The notes: generated by a model not told the origin, from the letters alone. 64,000 bases of DNA from Eledone cirrhosa (GCA_964016885.1 OZ024752.1:17980001-18044000); one strand, 5' to 3'; positions 44,215-60,492 are shown, numbered from the stretch's first letter. Numbers and translations: made by a program.

Positions 44215-44778
44215 AATGGAAGTTTAGTAAAATCGAAGTTTCGGCTGTAGCCAAGCATTGGATGAGGAGACTCAGAGTAATAACATTCGTTAGACGACAT
44301 GACAAATTGGAAACTGTGGCAGGCAAGCCTAGCCACGACACCGAAGCAACGAGAAAACCAACAGGTTAATAAAGCAAACCTGGACCATCTTGGACGTAGA
44401 TCATCTTTTCTCCGATAGGTTTCTATGAAACCAAAATCAACAATCCTACTTGCGCAAGTATGCAAGATTTTGGTGTTTGAAGACCGAAATATGGATTCAT
44501 AATATCAACAGGTTTCCGTTCTGCGCCTAATCCCGGTGTGGTATGAAGTAGTAAGCCATTGTTGTTAGCGGTTGCTAATGCCTCAACTATCACGTGCTTT
44601 TTCCCAACAAGGGTAATAACCCCGAGTTTTTTTGGCGGGCAAATTCAAAATGTGGACAAGTGAATTGTGTTCCCTGCACAGACCGAACAAGAAGCACTCG
44701 ACCGGGCGTTTTTATACAAACATAAATAATTAATCAATCAATGGAATTGTCTAATTAAATTAATTAATTAATATATAC

Positions 44779-44816
<38 letters not shown>

Positions 44817-44865
44817 GAAAGGTATAGAAATTGTTTTAGCGAGAAGCTAACAGTATTCTATAATA

Positions 44866-44922
<57 letters not shown>

Positions 44923-44929
<7 letters not shown>

Positions 44930-45132
44930 TAAAATAACAGATTAAAGTTTAAGCAAAGAATCGCTGCTTTCACCCTTCAGAAGATCCCGTTAAGGGTGAA
45001 AGCAGCGATTCTTTGCTTAAACTTTAATCTGTTATTTTAATAAATATTTGCTCTACGGTTCTTATATATTTGATATATATTTTCTTTATCGAGCCCTCTT
45101 TGGATTTTAGTCTTCAATTTTATTATTATTAC
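44923..45132. mobile_element. pLTR end with inversion pivoting at the hammerhead core (44978-45023, CAGAAGA)
   Basis: 44923-44976 mirrors 44993-45047; same family as 23483. Confidence 0.8.
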
Positions 45133-45347
45133 TATATATATATATATTAGAAAGTGAGTTTTTTTACAAAATGAAAAATAACCGAGGTGTCCTACACGAG
45201 TGAAAGTATAAAGAAAAAAAGATGAAATCGAAAATGCAACTGGAGTCTTATTTTTAAAAAATATATATATTTATTTGGTTCCTTTACCGGTTTCGCAGTT
45301 CTTCTACTTTTCAAAAGTAGAGTTGAGATGGAGGGTCTGTGGTTTTT

Positions 45348-45436
<89 letters not shown>

Positions 45437-46002
45437 TCGAAAAAAAGAAAAGAATGAATTCACTTGTAGTTCTAAACAATTTGATTGATTTAATTTTATA
45501 ATATTATGAGTTGGTAGATCTAGTAAGTTCTTTGTTAACTTCGGTGGGAAGATTTTTAAACATTCCTGGTTAACTTTCCTTCGAGAACTTTCTCGCATTC
45601 GTTGGTGGCGATTGTCAAACTGAGATCAGGTTGTGATGTGATGTGTGATTCTCTATATAAGAGAGATTTGGGTGTTCCTGGGAGGTGGGGTGTTAACGAG
45701 TGTGGGAGTGAAGGAGTGTTGATGAAGATTTAAAAGAATTAAAGCATACACATATACACACGTACATATATATACACATATACATATATATACATATATA
45801 CACATATATACATATATATACATATATATGCACATAAACACTTATATATGCATATATACACATATACACACACATATATATATACATATACACATATATA
45901 CATATACACACAGAAATTGTTGTTTAGAACTACAAGTGAAGTCATTCTTTTCCTTTTTTCAAATATACCTAACTGTACCAAGGATTTCACACACCTTCCG
46001 TC

Positions 46003-46577
46003 TGTGACCCGTCTGTTTCTTTCTTACTGCTTCCCCCTTTCTCTGTATCTCTCACTTCCTTTTACCCCCTCTAACAGTCACTCTCTCTGTTAGCCTCTTC
46101 CTCACACTTTCACTCACTCACTCTCTGCTACTCCCTCTCCTACTTCCTCTCATTTGACCTGTGCGAGATTCTTTCCTCACGCACACTTCGACCAGGTTGT
46201 ATGGTCTTTACTCTCTCTCGACTCCGATTTCACAGAACTTATGTTCATCGATTTCAGGGACTTGACTCCTTCTTCCTCCCGTTTGACATGTGCGAAATTC
46301 TTTCCTTGCTCACATTTCGACTAGGTTTGATGGTCTTTATTCTCTCTCGTCCACGATTTCACAGAACTTATGTTCATCGATTTCAGGGTCTTGACTCCTT
46401 CTTCCTCACTTTTCGTTACTTTACCATCTTTGATTGTTTACTGTCTCGCTCGTTCCCTCTATTTACGTGTCCCAACTACTTTCTTTAGCCGTTGCTCTCA
46501 CCAACCAGAGGTATATGGTCTTTAAAGCGATGAAATACCAATGAATGTTGGAAGATCACAGATGAAGGACTAAATTA
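46003..46577 (+). repeat. Dispersed repeat (copy of 14035-14465) with internal ~130-bp duplication
   Basis: ~46153-46278 repeated at ~46282-46407. Confidence 0.8.
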
Positions 46578-46705
46578 TATATATATATATATATAAAGGT
46601 TATCATATACATAAAATTAAATTAAAGATATATATATGTATTGCAACTGTTCACTTTTAAGCTCAATGAAGAATTAATAAATTAAAATAAAAAAATCAGA
46701 GCATT

Positions 46706-47288
46706 ATATCATAAATCATGTCTATAGAATCAATCAGATATTAAAATATATACTATTTCTCCTTCTAATCAGCATAATTAACCATATACATAATCAAATC
46801 TAGCAAGCTTTAAGAATAAATTTTCTTACGGGGAAATCTCTGACAAACAATCGATCGTAGCCTCTTCGCGGCAGCTCCGTTCCACTATTTATCAAACATT
46901 TCGGTAGCATGCAGAATCCGATCAAATATACCATCAACCGCACATAATTAGTAGTAAAATTAAACCTAGAAGAAATGCGCACATACCGTAATTATATCTC
47001 TACCATGGTTTCTTCCTTATTTAGGACATCCAAATAATATGGATTTGTCCTGAGTTAGGTTTCATCAGGAGATAAACTCAGACATGCTACCGAAATGTTT
47101 GATAAATAGTGGAACGGAGCTGCCGCGAAGAGGCTACGATCAATTGTTTGTCAGAGATTTCCCCGTAAGAAAATTTATTCTTAAAGCCTGCTAGATTTGA
47201 TTATGTATATGGTTAATTATGCTGATTAGAAGAAGAAATAGTATATATTTTAATATCTGATTGATTCTATAGACATGATTTATGATAT
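46706..47288. repeat. Inverted repeat (~205-bp arms) with a hammerhead in the spacer
   Basis: Arms 46706-46911 and 47083-47288. Confidence 0.88.
46995..47074 (-). ncRNA. Type I hammerhead with long stem II
   Basis: tatctc-CTGATGA-...aggaca..atcca/tggat-gtcct...-GAAA-ccatgg-TA-gagata. Confidence 0.83.
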
Positions 47289-47352
47289 ATATATATATAT
47301 ATATATAGTGACCAAACATAAGTCAATTGCATGAACTAATAATCCTTTATTT

Positions 47353-47408
47353 ACTGCTATATATATTTCGATCATAGCCATTGAATGGCTATGACCTCAT
47401 CAGTCAGT
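47353..47408 (-). ncRNA. Minimal type I hammerhead
   Basis: actga-CTGATGA-ggtcatagccat-tca-atggctatgatc-GAAA-tatata-TA-gcagt. Confidence 0.83.
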
Positions 47409-47900
47409 TAGTCAGTTCTTAGATATGCCAGCTCTGTGTTTATGGTGTTGATGGTATCAGGGCATTGGGACATATGAGCTTGTTAGGGATAATTTAATGT
47501 TGTCAGCAGGAATAATCTTAATTCTCATTGGTCAGTTTGTAGATGCTAGTAGGGTTGGTATTTGACCTCAAAGAGGCAGGTGATGTTGTAAAGTTCAAAC
47601 CGTCAGGCAAGATGACAATAGTTCCATATGACTGATTTTTAACAAAAAGCATTCCTAGACAGATATATATTCAATTGAGGTTTATAGTATGAAATTCGAT
47701 ACTACAGGTCATTCTTAAATTGAGGAATTTATGTGGAGTGATACTACTGAAAATTATGGTTAGAGTAGAATTCTAGAAAATTTACATATAAAAAGACTTA
47801 TGTTGGTTGACTTGCACATCCACTCACCCCCACCCCCACAGACACACACATACTCACCCACACATACAAAATGAGGAATTTATGTGGGGTGGTAATACTG

Positions 47901-47951
<51 letters not shown>

Positions 47952-49094
47952 AACAAGTATGAGCCCGACGGCAGAGCTCAAGCCATTTCGACGGCTAATT
48001 CTGGACAGAAAATATGGGAAGGCTGCATTGCAATAGGTTCCTTTATTGTTGCATAAATTACATAATACGTATGTCCGGCTTACTTTATCAGGCGATGACA
48101 CAAGGGATTTGGCGACGTCATCAGATGTTACTGTGAACATAAAAGATTTAGTTAAGTATTCATCACTGGATCACAGCAAAGTATAAACAAAGAATTGATA
48201 CGGGGGCTATCACCATGACGGCCAGCAAAGAGACCTGCGGGAGGAAATAAGGAACACCGGACGATACGGAAACGGGCGAAAAAAAAAGAGGAAAAACTGG
48301 GAAACGTGACAGACATATCGAATATAAAGGAAACATCAACTATCAGCTGACTCTTCTAAACTTACGGTCTTTCAGTAGGTAAACAGTTGGAAAGTGCTAG
48401 CTTAGAGTTTTACTACAACACTTCCAAATTAGGAAGGTGTCATTCGGAAGAATTGCTCTTATCTTTCCCACTTTCATTTAGTGTTATTAACTGTGGCCTG
48501 ATATCCTTTCTCATCTTCCATACTTTCTTACCCACTACTCGATTATCTCCCCTATTTCAACATATCAGCCAATAGAGGTCCTTCTACACACATACACTCC
48601 TCTTTTCTCTCCCCGCCACATTCTGTGACTGACGTCTCTGTGTCTCCTATCACGTTGTATATTTCTCTCTGAAATCTGTACTTGTCTTCAAAAGTCTAAA
48701 GACGTGCGTCCAATCTAGGTATTACAATCCCTTTATTCTTGCCTGTTCATTATTTTTTATCCTAGGTATTTATTTATAGTCTTTGTGTCCGTCCAACTTT
48801 GTGTTTGTCTCTCGTGTTGGTTATCTCGTCCGAAAGACACTTTCCTAATATGCATATGTATGTTTAAAAAAATCGACATTAATGTACTACAGAGATATCG
48901 TACATAATTAGTTTTATATCTTTCATCTATGTATGGCCCCGTAACTCCTGAGGGAGTCGTAACGAGTGCTGAATACAGCATTTCTAGGGTATTTTAAAAC
49001 CTGGCAAATATCTCCAGGTCCGAACACAACTTATTTCTTCCAGAGAAGGATAGAGAGTGAAAGAAAGGAAGCTAGAAAGAGATATAGAGGAAGA

Positions 49095-49253
49095 ATCGAT
49101 CCCAGTACTAGACTGGTACTTTTTTTTATCGACATCGAATGAATAAAAGGCAAAGTTGACCTCGACAGTATTTGAACTCAGAGAGCAGAAAGTCAAAACG
49201 AATACTGCAAAGCATTCTATCCGACGTTCTGGTGAATCTGCCAATTCATCTCC
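49095..49253 (-). mobile_element. tRNA-derived SINE, diverged
   Basis: Reverse complement of B-box and core (tttgaactc; aaaggcaaagttgacctcg). Confidence 0.78.
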
Positions 49254-49371
49254 TTCCCTTGCATTTATAGAATTTGTCAAAGAGTATTTAGATACAGGAA
49301 ACACTTAAGATTCCCATCTGGTATGGGATAAATTTTGTTTGCCGCTAAGAAAAAATTGAATATTTGATATA

Positions 49372-49513
49372 CAGAGTGGGCTGTAAGTCGCGCACCAAAG
49401 CATTAAAAACAATCTAGGATATATGTACATTGTATTGTATTAATAACAAAAATTAATACAGTTAATATGTTAAGGCATCTAATGCTTTCATGCGCGACTT
49501 AAGGTCGACCTTG
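49372..49513. mobile_element. Tc1/mariner-type MITE with ~34-bp TIRs
   Basis: TA|cagagtgggctgtaagtcgcgcaccaaagcatta ... taatgctttcatgcgcgacttaaggtcgaccttg. Confidence 0.65.
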
Positions 49514-49701
49514 TGTATCTGGAATTCTGATCAGTTGTATGTGTGATTGTGGGAGAGGCCTTTACTCTGAAGCTTATGACATCGCTCACATCAGGAAGAG
49601 AAAATAGGAGTTCGAAAGACATTTGCAGCTAATATAAAAAAAGTAAACCATTTAGAGTAATGTGTAAGACCGTAAGTAGATATACTGATTTATGAATATA
49701 A

Positions 49702-49811
49702 TAATTGGTTCTACTATTGGCACAAGGCCAGCAATTATCCCAGTACATTACTGGTACTTTATTTTATCGACCCCGTAAGGATGAAAGGCAAAGTTAACCT
49801 CAGGCGGGATT
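49702..49811 (-). mobile_element. tRNA-derived SINE 3' half
   Basis: Reverse complement of ~12412-12520. Confidence 0.8.
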
Positions 49812-49972
49812 ATAATAATATGGCAAATACAGGCTCTTTCAAAGAATATATATATATATGTATATATATGTATATATATATATATATATATGTATATGTA
49901 TATATATATGTATATATATGTATATATATATATATATGTATATGTATATATATATGTATATATATGTATATG

Positions 49973-50003
<31 letters not shown>

Positions 50004-50026
50004 GTATATATATATATGTATATATG

Positions 50027-50147
<121 letters not shown>

Positions 50148-50158
50148 ATATATATATG

Positions 50159-50214
<56 letters not shown>

Positions 50215-50217
50215 TGT

Positions 50218-50249
<32 letters not shown>

Positions 50250-50392
50250 GTATATATGTATATATATATATATATGTATATATGTATATATGTATGTATA
50301 TGTATATATGTATATATATTTATATATAAGTATATATGTATATATGTATATATATGTATATATGTATATATATATGTATATACGTATATATG

Positions 50393-50425
<33 letters not shown>

Positions 50426-50466
50426 GTATATATGTATATATATATGTATATATGTATATATATATG

Positions 50467-50513
<47 letters not shown>

Positions 50514-50522
50514 GTATATATG

Positions 50523-50555
<33 letters not shown>

Positions 50556-50686
50556 GTATATATGTATATATATATGTATATGTATATATATATGTATATA
50601 TATATATATATGTATATATGTATATATATATATGTATATATATATGTATATATATATATATGTATATATGTATATAAATATATATG

Positions 50687-50717
<31 letters not shown>

Positions 50718-50820
50718 GTATATATGTATATATATATATATGTATATATGTATATATATATATGTATATATGTATATATATATATATGTATATATGTATA
50801 TATATATATGTATATATATG

Positions 50821-50877
<57 letters not shown>

Positions 50878-50896
50878 GTATATATATCTATATATG

Positions 50897-50949
<53 letters not shown>

Positions 50950-50973
50950 GTATATACATGTATATATATATAT

Positions 50974-51025
<52 letters not shown>

Positions 51026-51048
51026 GTATATATATATATGTATATATG

Positions 51049-51163
<115 letters not shown>

Positions 51164-51182
51164 GTATGTATATATATATATG

Positions 51183-51215
<33 letters not shown>

Positions 51216-51217
51216 GT

Positions 51218-51249
<32 letters not shown>

Positions 51250-51337
51250 GTATATATGTATATATATATATGTATATATGTATATATGTATGTATATGTA
51301 TATATGTATATATATGTATATGTATATATGTATATAT

Positions 51338-51392
51338 CTCTTTTACTCTTTTACCTGTTTCAGCCATCCGGCTGAGGCCATGCTGGGGCACC
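51338..51392 (-). mobile_element. SINE-like 3' tail fragment, identical copy at 52483-52537
   Basis: Reverse complement ggtgccccagcatggcctcagccggatggctgaaacaggtaaaagagtaaaagag. Confidence 0.6.
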
Positions 51393-51427
51393 ATATATAT
51401 GTATATATATGTATATACGTATATATG

Positions 51428-51460
<33 letters not shown>

Positions 51461-51489
51461 GTATATATGTATATATATATGTATATATG

Positions 51490-51528
<39 letters not shown>

Positions 51529-51567
51529 GTATATATATATATGTATATATATATATATGTATATATG

Positions 51568-51598
<31 letters not shown>

Positions 51599-51729
51599 GT
51601 ATATATGTATATATATATGTATATGTATATATATATGTATATATATATATATATGTATATATGTATATATATATATGTATATATATATGTATATATATAT
51701 ATATGTATATATGTATATAAATATATATG

Positions 51730-51762
<33 letters not shown>

Positions 51763-51771
51763 GTATATATG

Positions 51772-51802
<31 letters not shown>

Positions 51803-51827
51803 GTATATATGTATATAAATATATATG

Positions 51828-51858
<31 letters not shown>

Positions 51859-51961
51859 GTATATATGTATATATATATATATGTATATATGTATATATAT
51901 ATATGTATATATGTATATATATATATATGTATATATGTATATATATATATGTATATATATG

Positions 51962-52018
<57 letters not shown>

Positions 52019-52037
52019 GTATATATATCTATATATG

Positions 52038-52090
<53 letters not shown>

Positions 52091-52094
52091 GTAT

Positions 52095-52170
<76 letters not shown>

Positions 52171-52193
52171 GTATATATATATATGTATATATG

Positions 52194-52308
<115 letters not shown>

Positions 52309-52327
52309 GTATGTATATATATATATG

Positions 52328-52360
<33 letters not shown>

Positions 52361-52362
52361 GT

Positions 52363-52394
<32 letters not shown>

Positions 52395-52572
52395 GTATAT
52401 ATGTATATATATATATGTATATATGTATATATGTATGTATATGTATATATGTATATATATGTATATGTATATATGTATATATCTCTTTTACTCTTTTACC
52501 TGTTTCAGCCATCCGGCTGAGGCCATGCTGGGGCACCATATATATGTATATATATGTATATACGTATATATG

Positions 52573-52605
<33 letters not shown>

Positions 52606-52634
52606 GTATATATGTATATATATATGTATATATG

Positions 52635-52673
<39 letters not shown>

Positions 52674-52712
52674 GTATATATATATATGTATATATATATA
52701 TATGTATATATG

Positions 52713-52743
<31 letters not shown>

Positions 52744-52874
52744 GTATATATGTATATATATATGTATATGTATATATATATGTATATATATATATATATG
52801 TATATATGTATATATATATATGTATATATATATGTATATATATATATATGTATATATGTATATAAATATATATG

Positions 52875-52907
<33 letters not shown>

Positions 52908-53000
52908 GTATATATGTATATATATATATGTATATATGTATATATATATATGTATATATGTATATATATATATGTATATATGTATATATATATATGTATA

Positions 53001-53073
<73 letters not shown>

Positions 53074-53092
53074 GTATATATATCTATATATG

Positions 53093-53143
<51 letters not shown>

Positions 53144-53147
53144 GTAT

Positions 53148-53211
<64 letters not shown>

Positions 53212-53212
53212 G

Positions 53213-53269
<57 letters not shown>

Positions 53270-53322
53270 GTATATATATATATGTATATATATATATGTA
53301 TATATATATATGTATATATATA

Positions 53323-53551
53323 CAGGTTAGCTGGACATGCTCACCGACATCAAGAGTTGACACTGCACTCAGTGCTCCTTTGGGAGCCCCTACATGGACA
53401 CACTAGAAGAGCAAGACCAAGGTTAACGTATGTTGATGCCCTAAGGACAGACACTGGTCTATTGGAGACGCAGGACATGGCAGCGATAATGAGGGACAGA
53501 GACCGCTGGAGAGAACACGTCTATGGATCTCGGGAATTTTACCCGCCTTAG
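53323..53551 (+). mobile_element. RTE-like LINE 3' fragment in (TA)n
   Basis: RLAGHAHRH...VLLWEP...[11 protein letters not shown]...MRDRDRWR. Confidence 0.8.
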
Positions 53552-53557
53552 AATATG

Positions 53558-53622
<65 letters not shown>

Positions 53623-53776
53623 GTATATATATATATATGTATATATGTATGTATATATATATATGTATATATATATATATGTATATATGTATATGTATAT
53701 ATATATGTATATATATGTATATGTATATATATATGTATATTGTATATATATGTATATATATATGTATATATATATT

Positions 53777-53937
<161 letters not shown>

Positions 53938-53938
53938 G

Positions 53939-53993
<55 letters not shown>

Positions 53994-54067
53994 GTATATA
54001 TATATGTATATATATATATGTATATATATATGTATATATATGTATTATATATATATTATGTATATAT

Positions 54068-54108
<41 letters not shown>

Positions 54109-54523
54109 TATGTATATATATATGTGTATGTATATGTATATATATGTATATATATATGTATATATATATATGTTTATATATATATATATGTATGTGTATG
54201 TATATGTATATATATGTATATATATATGTATATATATATTATATGTATATATATGTATATATATATGTATATATATGCATATATATATATATGTATATAT
54301 ATATATGTGTATGTATATATATGTATATATATATGTATATATATGTATATATATATTATATATAATATATATATGTATATGTATATTATATATATAGTAT
54401 GTGTATGTATATGTATATATATGTATTTATATATATATATGTATATATATGTATATATATATATGTATATATATGTATATATATATATGTATATATATAT
54501 ATGTATATATATGTATATATATG

Positions 54524-54559
<36 letters not shown>

Positions 54560-54805
54560 TGTATATGTATATATATGTATATATATATGTATATATATAT
54601 ATGTATATATATATACATATATATATATACATATATATATATATACATATATATATATACACTATATATACATATATATATACATATATATACATATATA
54701 CATATATATATATACATATATATACTTATATACATATATTTATACATATACATATATATATATATATAAATATATATATATACATATATATATATACATA
54801 TATAC

Positions 54806-54836
<31 letters not shown>

Positions 54837-54861
54837 CAAAAATATATATATACATATATAC

Positions 54862-54894
<33 letters not shown>

Positions 54895-55059
54895 TTATAC
54901 ATATATATATATACATATATACATATATATAAATATATATATACATATATATATATATACATATATATATACATATATATATATATTTTGCAATACACTT
55001 CATGTATATATATGTATAAATATATATATGTATATATATGTATTTATATATATATGTAA

Positions 55060-55153
<94 letters not shown>

Positions 55154-55357
55154 GTATTATATATGTATATATATATGTATAAATATGTATATATATGTAT
55201 ATATGTATATATATGTATATATATGTATATATATGTATATATATGTATATAGTATATATATGTATATCTATATGTATATATGTATATATATGTATAAAGT
55301 GTATTGCAATATACATTATATATGCATATGTATATATATGTATAAAGTGTATTATAA

Positions 55358-55753
55358 TTAAGCATAAAGTTTATTGCAAAATACATTATATATACATCCA
55401 TATATATATTGCTATATCAGAGCTCCAATTCTAATTTTTAATTTCTGCCTGACCAACAACCGCTCTGAATAATCAGCTGCTGATTATTTACTAGATTTCT
55501 ATAAGAATATAACATCAATGATCTCAGCAAACAGGTGGGAGTAGTTGGCCTTGATATGCTTCAACCAAAGCGAAACAAGGCCTGACGGCTCCCCTGTTTG
55601 CTGAGTTCAAAGTGAGTGAATTTATTCACTACTTTAAAACAATAGCTTACGGTCTTCAAAATGCTTTTTATTAAGCATAAAGTGTATTGCAAAATACATT
55701 ATATATACATCCATATATATATTGCTATTTCAGAGCTCCAATTCTAATTTTTA
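55358..55753 (+). mobile_element. 313-bp-period non-coding unit with ~83-bp terminal direct repeat and a long hairpin closing a hammerhead-like core
   Basis: Repeat at 55358-55440 / 55671-55753; hairpin at 55523-55605. Confidence 0.6.
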
Positions 55754-55863
55754 TATGTATATATATATATATATGTATATATATGTATATATATATATGT
55801 ATATATATATATGTATATATATGTATATATATGTATATATATATATATATATGTATATATATG

Positions 55864-55894
<31 letters not shown>

Positions 55895-55935
55895 GTGTAT
55901 ATATATGTGTATATATATGTATATATACATATATG

Positions 55936-55968
<33 letters not shown>

Positions 55969-55969
55969 G

Positions 55970-56016
<47 letters not shown>

Positions 56017-56039
56017 GTATATATATATGTATATATATG

Positions 56040-56070
<31 letters not shown>

Positions 56071-56202
56071 GTATATATATATATGTATATATATATGTAT
56101 ATATATATATGTATATATATATGTGTATATATATATATGTATATATATATATGTATATATATATGTGTATATATATATATGTATATATATATATGTATAT
56201 AT

Positions 56203-56246
<44 letters not shown>

Positions 56247-56287
56247 GTATATATATATGTGTATATATATATATGTATATATATATG

Positions 56288-56318
<31 letters not shown>

Positions 56319-56503
56319 GTATATATATATGTATATATATATATGTATATATATATATATGTATATATATATGTGTATATATATATATGTATATATATAT
56401 ATATGTATATATGTATATATATATATGTATATATATATGTGTATATATATATATATATGTATATATATATGTATGTATATATATATATGTATATATATAT
56501 ATG

Positions 56504-56534
<31 letters not shown>

Positions 56535-56643
56535 GTATGTATATATATATATATATATGTGTATATATATATATGTATATATATATATGTATATATATAT
56601 ATATGCATGTATATATATATATATATATATGTGTATATATATG

Positions 56644-56692
<49 letters not shown>

Positions 56693-56711
56693 GTATATAT
56701 GTATATATTTG

Positions 56712-56744
<33 letters not shown>

Positions 56745-56891
56745 GTATGTATATATATATATGTATATATATATATGTATATATATATATATGTATGTAT
56801 ATATATATATATGTATATATATATATGTATATATATATGTATATATATATATATGTATATATATATGTATATATATATGTATATATATATG

Positions 56892-56927
<36 letters not shown>

Positions 56928-56935
56928 TATGTATG

Positions 56936-56970
<35 letters not shown>

Positions 56971-57087
56971 GTATATATATGTATATATATATATATGTAT
57001 ATATATATGTATATAAAACAAAACCTGTCAAAGGGCAAGGGAGCTCTTAAGAGTCAATAGCCATCCAAAATCACTGGGAGAGATGAC

Positions 57088-57287
57088 NNNNNNNNNNNNN
57101 NNNNNNNNNNNNNNNNNNNNNNNNNNNNNNNNNNNNNNNNNNNNNNNNNNNNNNNNNNNNNNNNNNNNNNNNNNNNNNNNNNNNNNNNNNNNNNNNNNNN
57201 NNNNNNNNNNNNNNNNNNNNNNNNNNNNNNNNNNNNNNNNNNNNNNNNNNNNNNNNNNNNNNNNNNNNNNNNNNNNNNNNNNNNNNN
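57088..57287. other. Assembly gap (200 N)
   Basis: Run of n. Confidence 1.
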
Positions 57288-57343
57288 GCCACTCTCTCTC
57301 TCTCTCTCTCCCCCTTCCCACTCTCTCTCTCTCTCTCTTAGCT

Positions 57344-57374
<31 letters not shown>

Positions 57375-57942
57375 AGATAAATTCCCGTTCATGTTTATTC
57401 ACTTTCGCCAAACAATTGCTGCTTCAACTACCCCTACTACGGTGTAACCATGTAATCGTAACGTTCACGTTTTTCCTATCTCCTCCACACACCACAATTT
57501 CGTACAAACATCCAATCCCGCAAAATCCGAAATCTGTATTTTTTGTTATTTATTAAGGTTTAAATACGGTGTTTTTGTCGTATTGAACAGAACAAATCTT
57601 GCAGTTTTGCTTTTTGTTACTCGCTGGTAAACATTCATAACCTTCCAGCTAGCTAATTCTATCGTATTCTCCAATTCCTTAATTCCATCGTATTCCCAAA
57701 CAAAAAAACAAAATCCTTCCCATTCTTAATTCTATCGTATCCTCCAATTCCCTAATTCTATCGTATTCTCAAACAAAAAAACAAAAAACAACAAAATCCC
57801 TTCCATTCTACTTCTTATAATTTACTTTAAATATATATATCATGCTACCTCGAAAGTCAAAAATCCCGCTCATACACCCTTCTCCCACCATTTTCTTCCC
57901 GAGGGGTTGCGGTCAGCCACTCTCTCTCTCTCTCTCTTAGCT

Positions 57943-57973
<31 letters not shown>

Positions 57974-58573
57974 AGATAAATTCCCGTTCATGTTTATTCA
58001 CTTTCGCCAAACAATTGCTGCTTCAACTACCCCTACTACGGTGTAACCATGTAATCGTAACGTTCACGTTTTTCCTATCTCCTCCACACACCACAATTTC
58101 GTACAAACATCCAATCCCGCAAAATCCGAAATCTGTATTTTTTGTTATTTATTAAGGTTTAAATACGGTGTTTTTGTCGTATTGAACAGAACAAATCTTG
58201 CAGTTTTGCTTTTTGTTACTCGCTGGTAAACATTCATAAACCTTCCAGCTAGCTAATTCTATCGTATTCTCTAATTCCTTAATTCCATCGTATTCCCAAA
58301 CAAAAAAACAAAATCCTTCCCATTCTTAATTCTATCGTATCCTCCAATTCCCTAATTCTATCGTATTCTCAAACAAAAAAACAAAAAACAACAAAATCCC
58401 TTCCATTCTACTTCTTATAATTTACTTTAAATATATATATCATGCTACCTCGAAAGTCAAAAATCCCGCTCATACACCCTTCTCCCACCATTTTCTTCCC
58501 GAGGGGTTGCGGTCAGCCACTCTCTCTCTCTCTCTCTCTCCCCCTTCCCACTCTCTCTCTCTCTCTCTTAGCT

Positions 58574-58604
<31 letters not shown>

Positions 58605-59203
58605 AGATAAATTCCCGTTCATGTTTATTCACTTTCGCCAAACAATTGCTGCTTCAACTACCCCTACTACGGTGTAACCATGTAATCGTAACGTTCACGT
58701 TTTTCCTATCTCCTCCACACACCACAATTTCGTACAAACATCCAATCCCGCAAAATCCGAAATCTGTATTTTTTGTTATTTATTAAGGTTTAAATACGGT
58801 GTTTTTGTCGTATTGAACAGAACAAATCTTGCAGTTTTGCTTTTTGTTACTCGCTGGTAAACATTCATAACCTTCCAGCTAGCTAATTCTATCGTATTCT
58901 CCAATTCCTTAATTCCATCGTATTCCCAAACAAAAAAAACAAAATCCTTCCCATTCTTAATTCTATCGTATCCTCCAATTCCCTAATTCTATCGTATTCT
59001 CAAACAAAAAAAACAAAAAACAACAAAATCCCTTCCATTCTACTTCTTATAATTTACTTTAAATATATATATCATGCTACCTCGAAAGTCAAAAATCCCG
59101 CTCATACACCCTTCTCCCACCATTTTCTTCCCGAGGGGTTGCGGTCAGTCACTCTCTCTCTCTCTCTCTCCCCCTTCCCACTCTCTCTCTCTCTCTCTTA
59201 GCT

Positions 59204-59236
<33 letters not shown>

Positions 59237-59833
59237 AGATAAATTCCCGTTCATGTTTATTCACTTTCGCCAAACAATTGCTGCTTCAACTACCCCTACT
59301 ACGGTGTAACCATGTAATCGTAACGTTCACGTTTTTCCTATCTCCTCCACACACCACAATTTCGTACAAACATCCAATCCCGCAAAATCCGAAATCTGTA
59401 TTTTTTGTTATTTATTAAGGTTTAAATACGGTGTTTTTGTCGTATTGAACAGAACAAATCTTGCAGTTTTGCTTTTTGTTACTCGCTGGTAAACATTCAT
59501 AACCTTCCAGCTAGCTAATTCTATCGTATTCTCCAATTCCTTAATTCCATCGTATTCCCAAACAAAAAAACAAAATCCTTCCCATTCTTAATTCTATCGT
59601 ATCCTCCAATTCCCTAATTCTATCGTATTCTCAAACAAAAAAACAAAAAACAACAAAATCCCTTCCATTCTACTTCTTATAATTTACTTTAAATATATAT
59701 ATCATGCTACCTCGAAAGTCAAAAATCCCGCTCATACACCCTTCTCCCACCATTTTCTTCCCGAGGGGTTGCGGTCAGCCACTCTCTCTCTCTCTCTCTC
59801 CCCCTTCCCACTCTCTCTCTCTCTCTCTTAGCT

Positions 59834-59864
<31 letters not shown>

Positions 59865-60461
59865 AGATAAATTCCCGTTCATGTTTATTCACTTTCGCCA
59901 AACAATTGCTGCTTCAACTACCCCTACTACGGTGTAACCATGTAATCGTAACGTTCACGTTTTTCCTATCTCCTCCACACACCACAATTTCGTACAAACA
60001 TCCAATCCCGCAAAATCCGAAATCTGTATTTTTTGTTATTTATTAAGGTTTAAATACGGTGTTTTTGTCGTATTGAACAGAACAAATCTTGCAGTTTTGC
60101 TTTTTGTTACTCGCTGGTAAACATTCATAACCTTCCAGCTAGCTAATTCTATCGTATTCTCCAATTCCTTAATTCCATCGTATTCCCAAACAAAAAAACA
60201 AAATCCTTCCCATTCTTAATTCTATCGTATCCTCCAATTCCCTAATTCTATCGTATTCTCAAACAAAAAAACAAAAAACAACAAAATCCCTTCCATTCTA
60301 CTTCTTATAATTTACTTTAAATATATATATCATGCTACCTCGAAAGTCAAAAATCCCGCTCATACACCCTTCTCCCACCATTTTCTTCCCGAGGGGTTGC
60401 GGTCAGCCACTCTCTCTCTCTCTCTCTCCCCCTTCCCACTCTCTCTCTCTCTCTCTTAGCT

Positions 60462-60492
<31 letters not shown>

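Noticed and set aside
47560-47680. Minus-strand SYGTIVILPDGLN, resembling a PLE endonuclease C-terminus
   Set aside because: Too short and degenerate, although its position upstream of the 47353 hammerhead fits
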